The notes under the pieces are model-generated. The model ran no database searches. It saw only the letters and a program-made list of their open reading frames with translations, and had not been told where the DNA came from. The position numbers and the translations under genes are program-made. Of a stretch of 64,000 nucleotides of DNA, positions 61,701 through 64,000 are shown one piece after another. Location: the NCBI RefSeq assembly GCF_024521635.1, contig NW_026250421.1:1-64000 (forward strand). The letters run 5' to 3'. The DNA comes from Tricharina praecox (taxonomy: Eukaryota). Position 1 is the stretch's first letter, and every line of letters starts with the position of its first letter.

Positions 61701-63514
61701 GCGATGGATCTCGACCTGGTGTAAACAGCGCCAACAACAACATGTCCGGTAACGTCATGAATAACAGTAACAACAACCGTCCCGTCTTCGATGGACCCCG
61801 TCCCGGTCATGATGGATCTCGTTACAACAACATCAATAATGGCAATAACAACAACGGTCTTCGTTACAACAACAATCGCGCGAACGGCGGCAACGGCGGC
61901 AATGGCTACAATAACCACAACGGCGGAGGTGGATACAACAGAAACGGTGGCAATGGATACGGCAACAGGCACAGAGGTGACCGACACAGCGACCGCCGCA
62001 CTCCTTCTCCAACCAGTGGCCCACTGGGTGCGATTTCGAGAGACGACCGTGATCAAGCTGTCAATCGTTGGAACATGCTTCCGTCGCAAATTGACGCCGA
62101 CGCTGCGGCTGCTCGCGAGATTAACCATGCGGCTCGACTTGCCCGCGAAGCCGAAGAGGCTGCGACCGGTATCAAGAAGCAGACTCCAACAATCAACTAC
62201 GATATCGTTGAGGAGTTCAACGAATATCAGCTTGACGAGACTGGACCCAAGGTGGACAGAGCTCTCATCGCAAAGACCGTCAAGGAACGTAAAGATATCG
62301 AAGATTCGAAGACGGCCATCGAGGCTTCCCAAGTTGGTGCCCGTGTCACTCAGGTGGACAGAGCTCTCATCCCGAAGACCGTGAGGGAACATAACGATAT
62401 CGAAGTTTCGAAGAGGGCCATCGAGGCTTCCAAGGTTGGCGCCGGTATCTCCCCGAGCGAAGAAGTCAACAACAAGCTTGCTGCTATCCTCATGGCTCAC
62501 AATCATCACCACCGCCAGCATGACGAAGCTGGATCCGAGACTCACAAGATTGGGAAGCTACCCGAGAATACCATTGCTATTCCAAAGGGTCCTGCTGGCA
62601 CCAAGCCTTCTCGCTTCTTCCCTACACAGGCCAACAAGACAATCGCCGAGCACATCGCCGAGCACATGAAGCAGAACGAGGAGATCGCCAAACCCGCGGA
62701 CGCCAAGCTTGGTCAGGCAGGATATCGCAAGAACGACAATCCGGTTCAGCGATCGTTCTCGCCACCTCCTCCGATGTCGGCAGACCATCCCGTCCATGGT
62801 GCGACCAAGATCGCCCGTGTTCAACTTCCGGGCGGTGCTGGCATGCACACAGGGGGGGAGGAGCCGGGCCACAGTGGCACAATGAAGCGCTTCGAAGAAG
62901 TTCAGCGCCGAATTTTGGCCGGTGTCCCAGGACATGCTGCTCCCGCCGTGCTCGGCCCTCCGGGTCTCTTCAAGGAAGGACGTGATCGGATGACGGTGGC
63001 CTCCAAGCCATCGTTTGACGATACTCCTGAGAAGCAGCTCAAGGTACCGACCGTGTCGTTGCCATGCAAGGTCGAGGAGTCTGCCGGTGACGTGAGCATG
63101 GTCACCGTGCTCGACAGTGAGGAGTTCATCACGGAGTTCTTCCAACAGGACTTCGGATCAACTCCGAACGTTAGGATTCCTCGGCCGGCACATGGCTTCG
63201 ATGTTCCCGCGGCAACCAACGGTAGAAATACCGTCAAGAGAGCTGCCGTCAAGGACGGAGTTCAGTCTGTGCCGTTGTACCACCCCTTCGGATTCAAGGA
63301 CTTCACCAATGGGCAAGGTGAAAAGTTCATTCCCATCCAGTTTCCTGGAGGGATCCGTAAGGAGGTGGCCTACAACGGGCAGCTGTTCTTCCCCGGAAGC
63401 GGTAGTGGTGGTAGCGGGGACAAGCGGGGCGGCAGGGGGTTCCCGAAGAAGAGGGGCGGTGGGCGCGGGGGGTACGCTGGTGGCTTCGGCCGGAAGAAGG
63501 CCCCAGAGGCCTAA
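58745..63514 (+). CDS. Large low-complexity protein (possibly PRRC2/BAT2-like) with coiled coil, N/G-rich region and C-terminal RGG
   Basis: Exons 58745-58990, 59059-59272, 59331-59501 and 59562-63514 join in frame. Conserved-looking blocks FKPVSLNRAFL, PVWNKNQ, FTDEELSKKYGIHLASRL and KWADIDDDDDDW. The family assignment is inference. Confidence 0.82.
61301..61440 (+). repeat. Coding 30-bp tandem repeat (TSYLPSSTTT-like, about 5 copies)
   Basis: ACTTCCTACCTTCC-like units at 61301, 61331, 61361, 61391 and 61421. Confidence 0.88.
62252..62450 (+). repeat. Coding 102-bp tandem duplication (34 aa, two copies)
   Basis: GTGGACAGAGCTCTCATC occurs at 62252 and 62354. The copies encode VDRALIAKTVKERKDIEDSKTAIEASQVGA and VDRALIPKTVREHNDIEVSKRAIEASKVGA. 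Confidence 0.9.
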
Positions 63515-64000
63515 ACGGTTGTCTGGAGGCGGGAGGGGGGAGGCGGAGGCGAGCGGGCGGGCGGAAGGACGGGCGGGGCATTGGGACGCTCGCGTCCATT
63601 TTTACCAATAAATTTTTTTTCCTTTAGTTTTCACTTCGTCTTCTTCTGTTCATTTTGTGCACTTTGTTTTCTTCATATTTTTACGACGGGCTAGGGATGG
63701 ATGGGGGAGTTTCTTACTGCTTGCATGCGTTCCTTGTTTTGGAGAGGTATCATTGTCGGAGTACGGATTTGACTGGGGCAAGGGCGCATCTTTTTGTGTG
63801 ATTTGCTATGGTCATGGCTGGGCCGCCATGAGGAGGTCGAGAGGCGCGGCAATCGGGGGAGTGTGTTTTTTTTCTTCTCTTTTCTTTCCTCTTTCATGGC
63901 AGCACAGTTAAGTTACCCATATAACGCAATGTACCTAACTCCTATGATATTGGAGGAACCGGCAAGTGGAATAGCATGGCATATTGATTTGATCATCTAC

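Noticed and set aside
61460..62545. 361-aa minus-strand Val-rich ORF
   Set aside because: It is the antisense mirror of the Asn-rich (AAC) coding region.
1..64000. Premature stop codons that might be rescued by fungal A-to-I editing
   Set aside because: All traced genes are open once introns are removed. Apparent stops fall inside introns.

Overview
This is eukaryotic, intron-rich genomic DNA from a filamentous ascomycete (Pezizomycotina; a Pezizomycetes origin is my inference, not proven). GT-AG introns with CTRAY-type branch points break most genes, so the supplied ORF track fragments or misses them. I traced 17 protein genes by hand. In order: a partial gene with a degenerate retropepsin-like fold (-), TIM13, TAO3/PAG1, a CCCH-RRM-KH-RBR ubiquitin ligase ending in a CaaX box, RDS3/PHF5A, a Sec7-PH Arf-GEF (-), ECM14, an intronless SLOG/YspA-like gene (-), MED22, DFR1, CWC15 (-), RRP45, a CLC chloride transporter (-), a conserved fungal hypothetical gene, an MFS transporter, cystathionine gamma-lyase, and mitochondrial uL23 (-). 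An 18th gene encodes a large low-complexity, possibly PRRC2/BAT2-like protein. I found no tRNA, rRNA, CRISPR array or intact transposon. The most notable items are the RNA-binding, potentially prenylated RBR E3 ligase, the SLOG-like gene, the Cys-substituted retropepsin-like domain and the prion-like/RGG protein with internal tandem duplications. All family assignments come from motif recognition by eye; no database search was run.
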